In this document: positions 28,612-37,360 of the stretch, in pieces
How the letters are laid out: each line of letters begins with the position of its first letter
How positions within the stretch are numbered: position 1 is the first letter of the stretch
Origin: Chthoniobacteraceae bacterium
GTDB taxonomy: Bacteria > Verrucomicrobiota > Verrucomicrobiia > Chthoniobacterales > Chthoniobacteraceae
DNA: 64,000 nucleotides
NCBI GenBank assembly: GCA_031409335.1
Contig: JANNWY010000193.1
Coordinates: 46,408 to 110,407, forward strand
Reading direction: 5' to 3'
Position numbers and translations under genes: made by a program
The notes under the pieces: generated by a model
What the model was told of the DNA's origin: nothing
What the model saw: the letters and a program-made list of their open reading frames with translations, nothing else
The model's database searches: none

Positions 28612-29367
28612 ATGTCACCGCTTCTAAAAATTCCGCGAACCTTGAAAATTACTCTCTTCATCCCGTGTTTTGTGGACCTCTGCTTTCCGAAAGCGGGCAT
28701 TGGCATGGTGAAAATCTTCGAGCAACTCGGGCACGAGGTGGAATACAAACCGGAGATCACGTGCTGCGGACAGCCGGCGTTCAATTCGGGATATTGGGAA
28801 GAAGCGCGACCGGTCGCGGAGCGGACGCTCGATTTGCTCTCAGACGCGGATGTGGTCGTGAGCGCATCCGGCTCGTGTGGGGCGATGCTGAAGGTTTTTT
28901 ACGGCGACCTGTTTAACGGAACCCCGCGTGAGGCGTCTGCGAAGCGGCTGGCTTCGCGCTGCTTTGAGTTTTCCGAATTCCTGGTCGATCAACTCGGCGT
29001 CACCGACCTCGGCGCGCGGTTTCCTGGGAAGGCCACCTTTCACGATGGCTGTCATGGGATGCGCGAACTCGGCGTGAAATCGCAGCCACGCAAGCTGCTG
29101 GAGAAAGTGGTCGGGCTCGAAATGGTCGAGATGAAGGAGGCGGAAAGCTGCTGCGGCTTTGGCGGCACTTTCGCCGCGAAATTCCCCGCCATCTCCACCG
29201 CCATGGGCGAGGTAAAGTGTGCGTCCGCCGTGGAGACCGGCGCGGACTTCATCATCTCGAATGATTCGAGCTGCCTGATGCAAATCCAGGGTCTGCTCGA
29301 CCGTCAGGGAAAACGAATGAAGACGCTCCACCTCGCGGAGGTGCTCGCGAGCCGGGCGGGCGATTGA
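28612..29367 (+). CDS. lutA: LutA/YkgE-family Fe-S (CCG domain) oxidoreductase subunit
   Basis: TLFIPCFVD, TCCGQPAFNSG, SGSC, FHDGCH and SCCGFGGTFA; start uncertain (28612 or 28642). Confidence 0.85.
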   Translation: MSPLLKIPRTLKITLFIPCFVDLCFPKAGIGMVKIFEQLGHEVEYKPEITCCGQPAFNSGYWEEARPVAERTLDLLSDADVVVSASGSCGAMLKVFYGDLFNGTPREASAKRLASRCFEFSEFLVDQLGVTDLGARFPGKATFHDGCHGMRELGVKSQPRKLLEKVVGLEMVEMKEAESCCGFGGTFAAKFPAISTAMGEVKCASAVETGADFIISNDSSCLMQIQGLLDRQGKRMKTLHLAEVLASRAGD

Positions 29368-29460
29368 CGCTGCCATGTGGCAGGCACATCGCCCATGCAC
29401 CAATGAGCGCACTTGCCCGAAGCCGACGTTGATATTCGGCGCTCCACGCCCGGAGCGGCG

Positions 29461-31173
29461 TTAGTGATCCTCCGCAGTCACCTGGAGAACTTCCTCGAGC
29501 GTCGTGATGCCCTGTTTTGCTTTGTCAATTCCGACGACGCGCAGGGTTTTCATGCCCTCGCTGATTGCCTGATTTTTAATCACGGCGGCGCTCGCCCGTT
29601 TGATGATGAGACGCCGCACGGGCTCGGAAATAGGGAGCACTTCGATGATTGCCGCGCGGCCCGAATAACCGCGGCGTTTGCAGCGGTCGCAGCCCGCGCC
29701 GTGGTAGAAGGTGGTGCCGATCATTTCCTCGATGCCGAGCTTGGTGAAGAGTTCCGGGTCCGGCACGAACTCCTCCTTGCAGTTCTGGCAGACGCGCCGC
29801 ACGAGACGCTGGGCGCAGGTGAGGATGGTCGAGGAGGCGATGAGGAACGGCTCGATGCCCATGTCGTCGAGTCGCGCGATCGCGCCGGCGGCGTCGTTCG
29901 TGTGCAAAGTGGAGAGCACTTGGTGGCCGGTGAGCGCGGCTTTCACGGCGATGTCGGCGGTTTCGTTGTCGCGAATTTCACCGATCATCACGATGTCCGG
30001 GTCCTGGCGCAGGATCGAGCGGAGCGCGTCGGCGAAGCTGAGTCCGATGTCCGCTTTCACCGCGACCTGATTCACGCCGGGAAGCTGGTACTCGATCGGG
30101 TCTTCGACGGTGACGATGTTGTAGTTCGGCGAATTCAACTCCTGGAGCACGGAGTAAAGTGTGGTCGTTTTTCCCGAGCCGGTCGGGCCGGTGACGAGGA
30201 TCATCCCGTGCGGCGCGGCGACCGCTTTTTTGAAAACGTTCACCGTGTAGTCGTCCATGCCGAGCGTATCGACTGAGCCCGAGAGCGCGCCTTTGTCGAG
30301 AATACGGATGACGATCTTTTCGCCGTAAACGGTGGGCAGCAGCGAGATGCGGAGATCGACTTCTTTTCCCGAAACGCGAATGCGGAACCGGCCATCCTGC
30401 GGCAGACGACGCTCGGCGATGTCGAGGCCCGAAAGAATTTTGATGCGCGATGCCATCGCGAGCTGGAGCGCCTTGGGCGGCGAGCTGGCCTCGATCAGAT
30501 TGCCATCCACGCGGTAGCGCAGCTTCACGGTTTTTTCGAAGGGCTCGATGTGAATGTCCGATGCCTTTTCCTTGAGCGCCTGCACGAGGATCAGGTTCAC
30601 GATTTTCACCACGGGCGCGTCCTCGGATTCGACGGCGAGCTTGTCGAGGTCGATGTCCTCACGCTTCAACTTCACTTCCTCGACGCTGTCGGCCTGGGCC
30701 TGCGCGTCCTTCAGCACTTGCTCCATCGAAGTTCCCGAAGTGCCGACGCCACTGAGCGCCTCGGTGATGCTCCGCTCAGTCGTGATCATCGGCACGATTT
30801 CGAGCTTCGTCCGCTGACGCAGGTCATCGAGTGCCAGCACGTTTAGCGGATCGGCCATCGCCACGAACAGCTTGTTCCCGAGCTTGCACACCGGCGCCAG
30901 TTTGTGTGTGCGCGCCATGTCCTTTGGCACGAGTTCCTGCAGCTCTTCCGGCACGCGGACTTTCGACAAATTGATCGGCGGCGTATCCAGGCAGCGCCCG
31001 GTCGCGATCACCATGTCCTGCTCGGTGACGTAGTTTTTGTCGGTCAGGATTTTCAGCAGTCTGCCGCCCTGCTTTTTCTGCAATTCCGTGGCTTCCTCAA
31101 ATTGATTGGGGAGCAGCAGTCCATCTTCGATCAGGACATCCGCGATACGTTCACCGAGAGCTTTGACGGCCAT
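29461..31173 (-). CDS. pilB: type IV pilus assembly / T2SS ATPase (PilB/GspE)
   Basis: MshEN-like N-terminus, ASDIHIEP, Walker A GPTGSGKT, LRQDPD and a tetracysteine motif. Confidence 0.92.
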   Translation of the reverse strand: MAVKALGERIADVLIEDGLLLPNQFEEATELQKKQGGRLLKILTDKNYVTEQDMVIATGRCLDTPPINLSKVRVPEELQELVPKDMARTHKLAPVCKLGNKLFVAMADPLNVLALDDLRQRTKLEIVPMITTERSITEALSGVGTSGTSMEQVLKDAQAQADSVEEVKLKREDIDLDKLAVESEDAPVVKIVNLILVQALKEKASDIHIEPFEKTVKLRYRVDGNLIEASSPPKALQLAMASRIKILSGLDIAERRLPQDGRFRIRVSGKEVDLRISLLPTVYGEKIVIRILDKGALSGSVDTLGMDDYTVNVFKKAVAAPHGMILVTGPTGSGKTTTLYSVLQELNSPNYNIVTVEDPIEYQLPGVNQVAVKADIGLSFADALRSILRQDPDIVMIGEIRDNETADIAVKAALTGHQVLSTLHTNDAAGAIARLDDMGIEPFLIASSTILTCAQRLVRRVCQNCKEEFVPDPELFTKLGIEEMIGTTFYHGAGCDRCKRRGYSGRAAIIEVLPISEPVRRLIIKRASAAVIKNQAISEGMKTLRVVGIDKAKQGITTLEEVLQVTAEDH

Positions 31174-31182
31174 AAAATCGAA

Positions 31183-32154
31183 CTATGCGGAAGCTGCTGT
31201 GAGCTTGAATTCCGAGGGTTCCGGACCGCCGCCGATGATGCCCGGCGGCGCGACGCGATAGATTTCGCTCAGCACCTTGGTAACCGCGATCGGCGAGGCG
31301 AGATGCCATTGGATGTTAAAATCGAGCAGCTTCTGGACGGCCTCCTTGCCATCGGCATCGAAGGGATTCGCCATCGCGACCATCAGCGTCCGGCCCATGA
31401 CATCGAATGGCACGATCAAGCGCCCGAGCGTGAGTGAATCCGGCAGCATCTTCACCACCTGGCGGTCCACCTCGTAGTATTCGAGGGGAATGTAGGCCAG
31501 TTTCGAGCGATCCACGATGGTGCAGAGCGTGGTTTCCAAATCCAGACCCGCCCGGCGCGCCACCTCATCGAGCAGCGAATGCGCCATCGTGTTTGCCGCG
31601 AGATCCTTGTTCTTTTTCGACACACGCTCGTGCGACGCCTTCACGATGTCCTGTGGCGCGATCCGGTGAATGAGCAGAAATTTCATGAGCAGCTCGTTGC
31701 CATCGTCCACGAGCAATCTCGTCGCCGCATCGATCGCAGCCGCGCTCCTCGACGGGGCTTTCATCGTGCTGCCGGTGGCGATGATCTGGCTGTTCCGAGT
31801 CGTGGTCACAGGCAGTTCCGTCTCCGCGATCGTCCCGTTCTCCCTGGCGATCCGTAGCTTTTCCTCCAGATCGCCGAACGCCTCCATCGCCTCCACATTG
31901 GCCGGGTCGTGTTCGAGGATGTATTCGTACTCCTTTGCCGCGCGGGGATACTGCTCCGCCTGAGTAAAGATTTCGCCTAGTTTACGCGCCGCATCCACTG
32001 CCTCGGGCACCTGGCCGATTCTCACGAATGCATCTTTCAGAATCTCGAGTGATTGCGCGTCCTGGGGGGATGCCTGGACGATCACGCCAAACATCTCAAT
32101 GGTTTGCATGATTTGCTCCCGTTCTTCAGGAGTTGGCGGATTGATTTGGCTCAT
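31183..32154 (-). CDS. TPR + GspE N-terminal-like domain protein (no ATPase)
   Basis: TPR-like N-half; C-terminal LIVPFDVMGRTLMVAMANPFD parallels PilB LAPVCKLGNKLFVAMADPLN. Confidence 0.75.
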   Translation of the reverse strand: MSQINPPTPEEREQIMQTIEMFGVIVQASPQDAQSLEILKDAFVRIGQVPEAVDAARKLGEIFTQAEQYPRAAKEYEYILEHDPANVEAMEAFGDLEEKLRIARENGTIAETELPVTTTRNSQIIATGSTMKAPSRSAAAIDAATRLLVDDGNELLMKFLLIHRIAPQDIVKASHERVSKKNKDLAANTMAHSLLDEVARRAGLDLETTLCTIVDRSKLAYIPLEYYEVDRQVVKMLPDSLTLGRLIVPFDVMGRTLMVAMANPFDADGKEAVQKLLDFNIQWHLASPIAVTKVLSEIYRVAPPGIIGGGPEPSEFKLTAASA

Positions 32155-32315
32155 GGGCAGATTCTCAATCCGCATAGAGCTAAATGCGTGCCTTGGTTTG
32201 CATCGGAAAGTTCACGAATCGCAGTTCGCGGCACGCGATCCGCGCCCCCATGCGATCGGGCGCAAGCGGATACGAAGATGGGAGGAGGAACACAAATCGA
32301 TCCAAAAGCGGCGAT

Positions 32316-32455
32316 GGAGATTGCCGCGGAGGCGACGGAGGACGCGGAAAACGCGGATGAGGAAGAGCTTGCGTTCGGTATTGCCGGGAGAGCTTCGTTC
32401 ACCCAATCGGTGAGTGGCTCAAGGCTCGCAATCTCCGCGTCCTCCGCGGTTCTCT
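32316..32455. repeat. REP-like inverted repeat, family D
   Basis: CCGCGGAGG...CGGAGGACGCGGA versus TCCGCGTCCTCCGCGG. Confidence 0.6.
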
Positions 32456-32561
32456 TCGCCAAATCGAGGATGAAATTGGTGACTTTTCCATCACAACCTT
32501 TTGTCGCATATGCAACAAAAGGTTGCAGTGGCTTCGTGGCTCGCGTCCAGGTGCCGGGCGC

Positions 32562-34175
32562 TTACCGTCCCGCCCGGGCCAGCTCTGCTGTGCGCCGATA
32601 CTGCGCCCGGAAACCATCCGCCAGCTCCTTCGCGAGTTGCACTTCCTTGATCCTCTTTTCCGGGCCGAGCGCCTGCTTGATCCGCCCGCTTGCGGCGTCG
32701 TAATCGACCGCGCTCACCTGCGCGAACGCTGCCATCGCCTCCGGCGGAAACCCCGCCGCGATCAGCGCGCCCCACGCTTCCTTCAGCTCATCGTGGGTGT
32801 CGATGCACATCACGCGGAAGATGAAGGCGATGCTGCGAAACAGCGGTGCGCTCCACTTTTCGTGGTAGGTGAAAGTCTTCGCGAGTTCATAGGGATTCAC
32901 CTCGGGATCGCTCCGCAACTGCTTGAATTCCGGCGCGAAAAGCTGCGGCAAAATCGGCAGCCGGCGCAGCGCGTATCGTTGCGGCCCGCCGGGGGTGCCG
33001 ATTTTCCAATTCCAAAGTTTCTGCCCCTCCGGCGACATCACAAATGCGATGAACTCCTTCGCCACATCCGCGTTTGGCGCGCCGCGGAAAAGCCCGATCG
33101 GATCGACGCCGACCGAGGTTCCGCCCGCCGCGTTAACGTATTGCACATGCGATGAGCCGTCCGGCTTCACCACATCCTCGCTCTGGAAACGCCCGTAAAA
33201 ATCAATCGTCATCCCCGCCGCCGCCTCGCCCGCGGCGACGTCGATCGAGATTTTCGTCGAGGCATTGGTGAAGTAGCGCGAGTTCGCGCCGATCCGCATC
33301 AGCAGCCGCATCGCCTGCGCCCAGCCCGCGCGCACCGCCTGCATTTCCTCGTCAGGTGAAAGTTTCCCGCCTTCGACCTTCGACTTTCGACCTTCGACCT
33401 CCGCCTGCATCTGCTGCTGGATCAGCATCTCGAAGGATTTGTTCACCGAACTGCTCTGCGTCGGATTCGCCAGCGCGATCTCGTGGAAGTAGGCGGGCTC
33501 GCCGAGGTCGTCCCATCGCGTCGGCGGCTGCGCGATGCCGAGGCGCGCGAGTGAGTCGGTGTTGTAAACGATGCCGAAGGACGACACGACATTCCCCAGC
33601 CAGCGCCCCTGCGGATCGTAAAATGGCTCGCCGCTCAATGTCTGCGGGACGGTCTGCTCATTGAAAATCTCGGGATGCGCCGCGACGAAACCGCAATCGA
33701 CGAGGTAACCCGCCGCGGCTTGCGATTGGAAATCGAACGCGCCGCCGCCGAAAAACAAATCCATCTTGCAGGAAACGTTCGATGCCAAAAACGCGTTGCG
33801 CGCCTCCTGTGCGAGCGGGTCGTCCACGGGCGCTTTTGGGTTCGCGAAATTCCGCTCGACCGCCGCGCTCCATGGCCTGCCGAGCGTGCGCGTCCAGTAG
33901 TTTTGAAACGCGCCGACGTATTCCCCGGCCACGTATCGCCCGATCTCGCTCGTCCCGCCCGGCGTGCGAAAATCCATGTGAACGCGCCGCCCGAACTTCT
34001 TTTCGTAGTGGGCGGAAAACGCGCGCCCAAATTCTGCGCGGATCGCTTCATTGTGCGGCGTGATCAAAATCAGCGCGCGCTCACCAGCCTTCGGAGCCGC
34101 ATCACGCTTGGGCCGCAGGGCGATCGGTCCGAGCAGAACGACAAGCAGGGCAAAGATGAGCGCGGCGTTTTTCAT
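32562..34175 (-). CDS. ABC transporter substrate-binding protein (Fe3+/polyamine-like cluster)
   Basis: N-terminal TM, ITPHNEAIR, DLFFGGG, FGIVYN and ANPTQSSS; adjacent to an ABC ATPase. Confidence 0.85.
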   Translation of the reverse strand: MKNAALIFALLVVLLGPIALRPKRDAAPKAGERALILITPHNEAIRAEFGRAFSAHYEKKFGRRVHMDFRTPGGTSEIGRYVAGEYVGAFQNYWTRTLGRPWSAAVERNFANPKAPVDDPLAQEARNAFLASNVSCKMDLFFGGGAFDFQSQAAAGYLVDCGFVAAHPEIFNEQTVPQTLSGEPFYDPQGRWLGNVVSSFGIVYNTDSLARLGIAQPPTRWDDLGEPAYFHEIALANPTQSSSVNKSFEMLIQQQMQAEVEGRKSKVEGGKLSPDEEMQAVRAGWAQAMRLLMRIGANSRYFTNASTKISIDVAAGEAAAGMTIDFYGRFQSEDVVKPDGSSHVQYVNAAGGTSVGVDPIGLFRGAPNADVAKEFIAFVMSPEGQKLWNWKIGTPGGPQRYALRRLPILPQLFAPEFKQLRSDPEVNPYELAKTFTYHEKWSAPLFRSIAFIFRVMCIDTHDELKEAWGALIAAGFPPEAMAAFAQVSAVDYDAASGRIKQALGPEKRIKEVQLAKELADGFRAQYRRTAELARAGR

Positions 34176-34194
34176 GACGCGTGGAAGTCGAAAC

Positions 34195-34359
34195 TCCGGG
34201 GAGCGCACTCGTTCCGAGTGCTGGATTCGGCGTCCCGCCGAAACGAACTTTGAAAACCATCCGAATCCAATTTGCGGATCTCATTCCCTAAGAGCGCGCG
34301 GGAAAGTCCGTCGAGGCGGGACGCCGCGACCAGCACTCGGGACGAGCGCGCTCCCCGGA
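34195..34359. repeat. REP-like inverted repeat, family A (full-length)
   Basis: About 57-bp arms at 34195-34251 and 34303-34359. Confidence 0.85.
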
Positions 34360-34374
34360 TTCTTTGCGCCGCCT

Positions 34375-35445
34375 TCATCCCGGCAATGCCACGACATCCT
34401 CCGGCTCCACTGCTGCGCGGAGTTCCCGATCCGCGCTCGAATCCACGAAGCGCGGATTCAGCTCATAGATTTTCAGCGAATGCGCGCCGTTCACGAAGCG
34501 GTATTGCGCCATCTCGCCAAGATACACGCGCTCCTGCAGCCTCCCGGAAACCACGTTCACCGCAGCTGCATCCACGCCGAGTTTCCAGCTCTCAGGGCGG
34601 ATCGAAAGCATCGCCGCGTCACCCGCAGTTGGCTTCCAGCCTTCGCCGCCGATCACTGCCTCGAAAGCGCGCAGCGGCGTCTCCACCATCACCCGCCCGC
34701 CGTTCACGGACACCACGCGGCCTTCGAGAAAATTCGTCTCGCCCATGAAATCCGCGACGAATTTCGTGTGCGGCGCGCGATACACCTCCGCCGGTTTTCC
34801 GACCTGCCGGATGTGGCCGCCTTCCATGATCGCCAGCCGGTCCGCGATCGACAGCGCCTCTTTCTGATCATGCGTCACGTAAATGGCCGTCAGCCCCGAC
34901 TCCTTGCAGACGCGTCGAATCTCCGTCCGCATTTCGAGGCGCAATTTCGTATCCAGATTGGAAAGCGGCTCATCGAGCAGCAGACAGCGCGGCCGAATCA
35001 CTAGCGCCCGCGCCAGCGCCACCCGCTGCTGCTGACCGCCGGAAAGCTGGTTGATCTTTCGCTCCGCATACGCACCCATCTTCACCGAATCCAGCGCCTG
35101 CCCCACGCGCTTCGTGATTTCGACTGCCGCGACGCGCCGCTCTTCCAAGCCGAACGCCACATTTTTCCCCACCGTCATGTGCGGCCACAGCGCGTAGCTT
35201 TGGAACATCATGCCAGTGTTGCGTTCGTGCGGCGGGAGGCGCGTCACATCGTCCTCGCCGAAAAGGATGCGCCCGCTTTCGGGAATGTAAAAACCCGCGA
35301 TCGAGCGCAGCAGCGTCGTCTTTCCGCAGCCGCTCGGGCCGAGCAGGAAAAAGATTTCGCCCGGCTCGATGCGCAGGTCGATCGCATTGAGCGCCACGGT
35401 TTCGCCGAAGCGTTTGGTGAGTTTTTCGATGGTCAGCGAGATCAT
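34375..35445 (-). CDS. ABC transporter ATP-binding protein (PotA/FbpC-like)
   Basis: GPSGCGKT, LSGGQQQR, LLLDEP and VTHDQ motifs; TOBE-like C-terminus. Confidence 0.93.
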   Translation of the reverse strand: MISLTIEKLTKRFGETVALNAIDLRIEPGEIFFLLGPSGCGKTTLLRSIAGFYIPESGRILFGEDDVTRLPPHERNTGMMFQSYALWPHMTVGKNVAFGLEERRVAAVEITKRVGQALDSVKMGAYAERKINQLSGGQQQRVALARALVIRPRCLLLDEPLSNLDTKLRLEMRTEIRRVCKESGLTAIYVTHDQKEALSIADRLAIMEGGHIRQVGKPAEVYRAPHTKFVADFMGETNFLEGRVVSVNGGRVMVETPLRAFEAVIGGEGWKPTAGDAAMLSIRPESWKLGVDAAAVNVVSGRLQERVYLGEMAQYRFVNGAHSLKIYELNPRFVDSSADRELRAAVEPEDVVALPG

Positions 35446-35514
35446 GAATCGGACGGGCGTTAGCTAATGCCCGATCGCCTCGAAATGACCAAGCGCGAAT
35501 GCGCTACGCCAGTC

Positions 35515-35610
35515 ATCCTGCTCCTGCTCCTGCTCCTGCTCTTGATCTTGATCTTGATCTTGATCTTGATCTCAATGCGACCGTCGGATGATCAGGATCA
35601 AGAGCAGGAT
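35515..35610. repeat. inverted hexamer tandem repeat, family E
   Basis: (CTCCTG/ATCTTG)n followed by the reverse-complement run GATCAGGATCAAGAGCAGGAT. Confidence 0.8.
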
Positions 35611-35614
35611 TCGA

Positions 35615-36397
35615 TCAGACCACTTCGCCCACCGCAAACCGCGGGCTGATCTCGCGCTGAGTCGCGCAAAAAACTTCCAGCGCTGCCGCTCCCGCCCGCT
35701 CGCGCACCACGCCCACGGCGAGTTCCGGGCTGTTGCAGTCGCGGCTCAAATGCCCGAGCACCGCGCGCCGCAGGTTCGCGTTCAGCAGTTCCGCGATCAC
35801 GTCCGCCGCCGCCGTATTCGAGAGATGGCCGTGCCGCGAGGTGATCCGCTGTTTCACCGACCACGGCCGTTTCGTGCAGTTTTGCAGCAGCTTTTCGCAG
35901 TGGTTCGCCTCGATCACCAGCGTCTGCGCGGCGCGCACGCGCTCATAGACGAGCTTCGTGGCAAAGCCCAAGTCGGTCAGCATTCCGAGCGCGTGATTTC
36001 CGCAGTGCAAAACGAATCCCACCGGATCGACCGCATCGTGCGGCACCGTGAAGGTCTGCACGGTGATGTCCTTGATCGTGAATTCGCTCCCGGTTTGGAA
36101 CACGCGCCAGTCTTTCAGCAATGGCGCGGAGTCGCGGCGCAGCACCTCGGCGGTCAGCGAGTTTGCGTAGATCGGCGTTGCGAATTGCCTGCACCACACC
36201 TTCAGCCCGCCGGTGTGATCGCCGTGCTCGTGGGTGAGCAGGATGCCGTCGATCTCGATCGGATTCACCCCGCACAGCGCGAGCCGCGCGACCATCTGCC
36301 GCGCGCTCAAGCCGCCATCGATCAGCAGCCGCGTCTTCCCCGTCTCGACCAGCGCGCAATTTCCCGCGCTACCCGAGCCGAGGATGGTGACGTGCAT
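35615..36397 (-). CDS. MBL-fold metallo-hydrolase (YycJ/PhnP-like)
   Basis: LGSGSAGN, THEHGDH, VPHDA, EANH, GHLSN and GHLS. Confidence 0.9.
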   Translation of the reverse strand: MHVTILGSGSAGNCALVETGKTRLLIDGGLSARQMVARLALCGVNPIEIDGILLTHEHGDHTGGLKVWCRQFATPIYANSLTAEVLRRDSAPLLKDWRVFQTGSEFTIKDITVQTFTVPHDAVDPVGFVLHCGNHALGMLTDLGFATKLVYERVRAAQTLVIEANHCEKLLQNCTKRPWSVKQRITSRHGHLSNTAAADVIAELLNANLRRAVLGHLSRDCNSPELAVGVVRERAGAAALEVFCATQREISPRFAVGEVV

Positions 36398-36427
36398 TGT
36401 GGAAACCGGTCGTCCGTCAGGACTGCC

Positions 36428-37060
36428 TCACGGCAGCACCTTCACCATGATATTCTTGAAATGCACTTCGCTCCCCGGATCGTGGCCTTGAATGGCGAAC
36501 GTGCCGCTGGAAATCAGCCGCGTCTTGAACTGCCCTTCGCGCTTCGCGTTTTCCTCCTCGGTGTAATCGATGATCACCTTGTCATTCACCATCGTGATCA
36601 CACGCTTGCCTTCGACTTTGATCGTCATCGTGTACCACTCGTCGTCCTTCGCCGGGGCCGTGAAATTGTCCTTGATCCCGTAAAGGCCCGCGCCCTTTTT
36701 TGCATCGCCGTGGGTGTTGTTCACCTGCACTTCGTAGCCCTTCGCCGGCCAGCCATCCGGTTGAAACGCGGTGTGAAAATACACCCCGGAATTCGCCGAC
36801 TTCTTTGCCATGATGTCCGCCTTGAATTCAAAATTCTTGAAGTCGTGATTTGCCACCGGCCCCACGTAAAAAAGATGCGCGCGATCCCCGCGCACCACGA
36901 TCTCGCCATCCTTCACCGAGAAAGTCTCGGGCTTCTCATTGGCCTTCCAGCCATCGAGGGATTTTCCGTCGAACAGTGAAACCCAGCCGTCTTTCGAGTC
37001 GGCGGCGAGGGTGGGGAGGATGAACGCAAAGGCGATCAGCGGGGAAAGGAATCGTTTCAT
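36428..37060 (-). CDS. DUF1080 (3-keto-disaccharide hydrolase-like) secreted protein
   Basis: Signal peptide; LFDGKSLDGW, NSGVYF, GYEVQV and IQGHDPGS..FKNI. Confidence 0.9.
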   Translation of the reverse strand: MKRFLSPLIAFAFILPTLAADSKDGWVSLFDGKSLDGWKANEKPETFSVKDGEIVVRGDRAHLFYVGPVANHDFKNFEFKADIMAKKSANSGVYFHTAFQPDGWPAKGYEVQVNNTHGDAKKGAGLYGIKDNFTAPAKDDEWYTMTIKVEGKRVITMVNDKVIIDYTEEENAKREGQFKTRLISSGTFAIQGHDPGSEVHFKNIMVKVLP

Positions 37061-37360
37061 GTGGGGACGTTACCGGATGCGGCGCAGCGGGCGCAATGCC
37101 GAAGCCGCCATCGCCACACTTCTTCCGATCCGCCGCAAAATGACGAAAGGGAGGCTAGCTGGGGAGATTCCAATTGACTTCAATGACTGGAATTCTAATT
37201 TCGCTAACTCGTTAGGAATCCATTCTCCTTCCCCCTGCATGTCGCTTTCCATCCACCCGTGGAAGTACAGTGTACCGCCACTCGACGGTTCACACGGCCC
37301 GATTTTCCACCGGGCGCAGGCAATTTTCACTCCCGCACCTCCAGCAACCCCACTCCACTT

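Noticed and set aside
35467..35649. 60-aa poly-Leu/Ile membrane peptide ORF
   Set aside because: Translation artefact of the hexamer repeat
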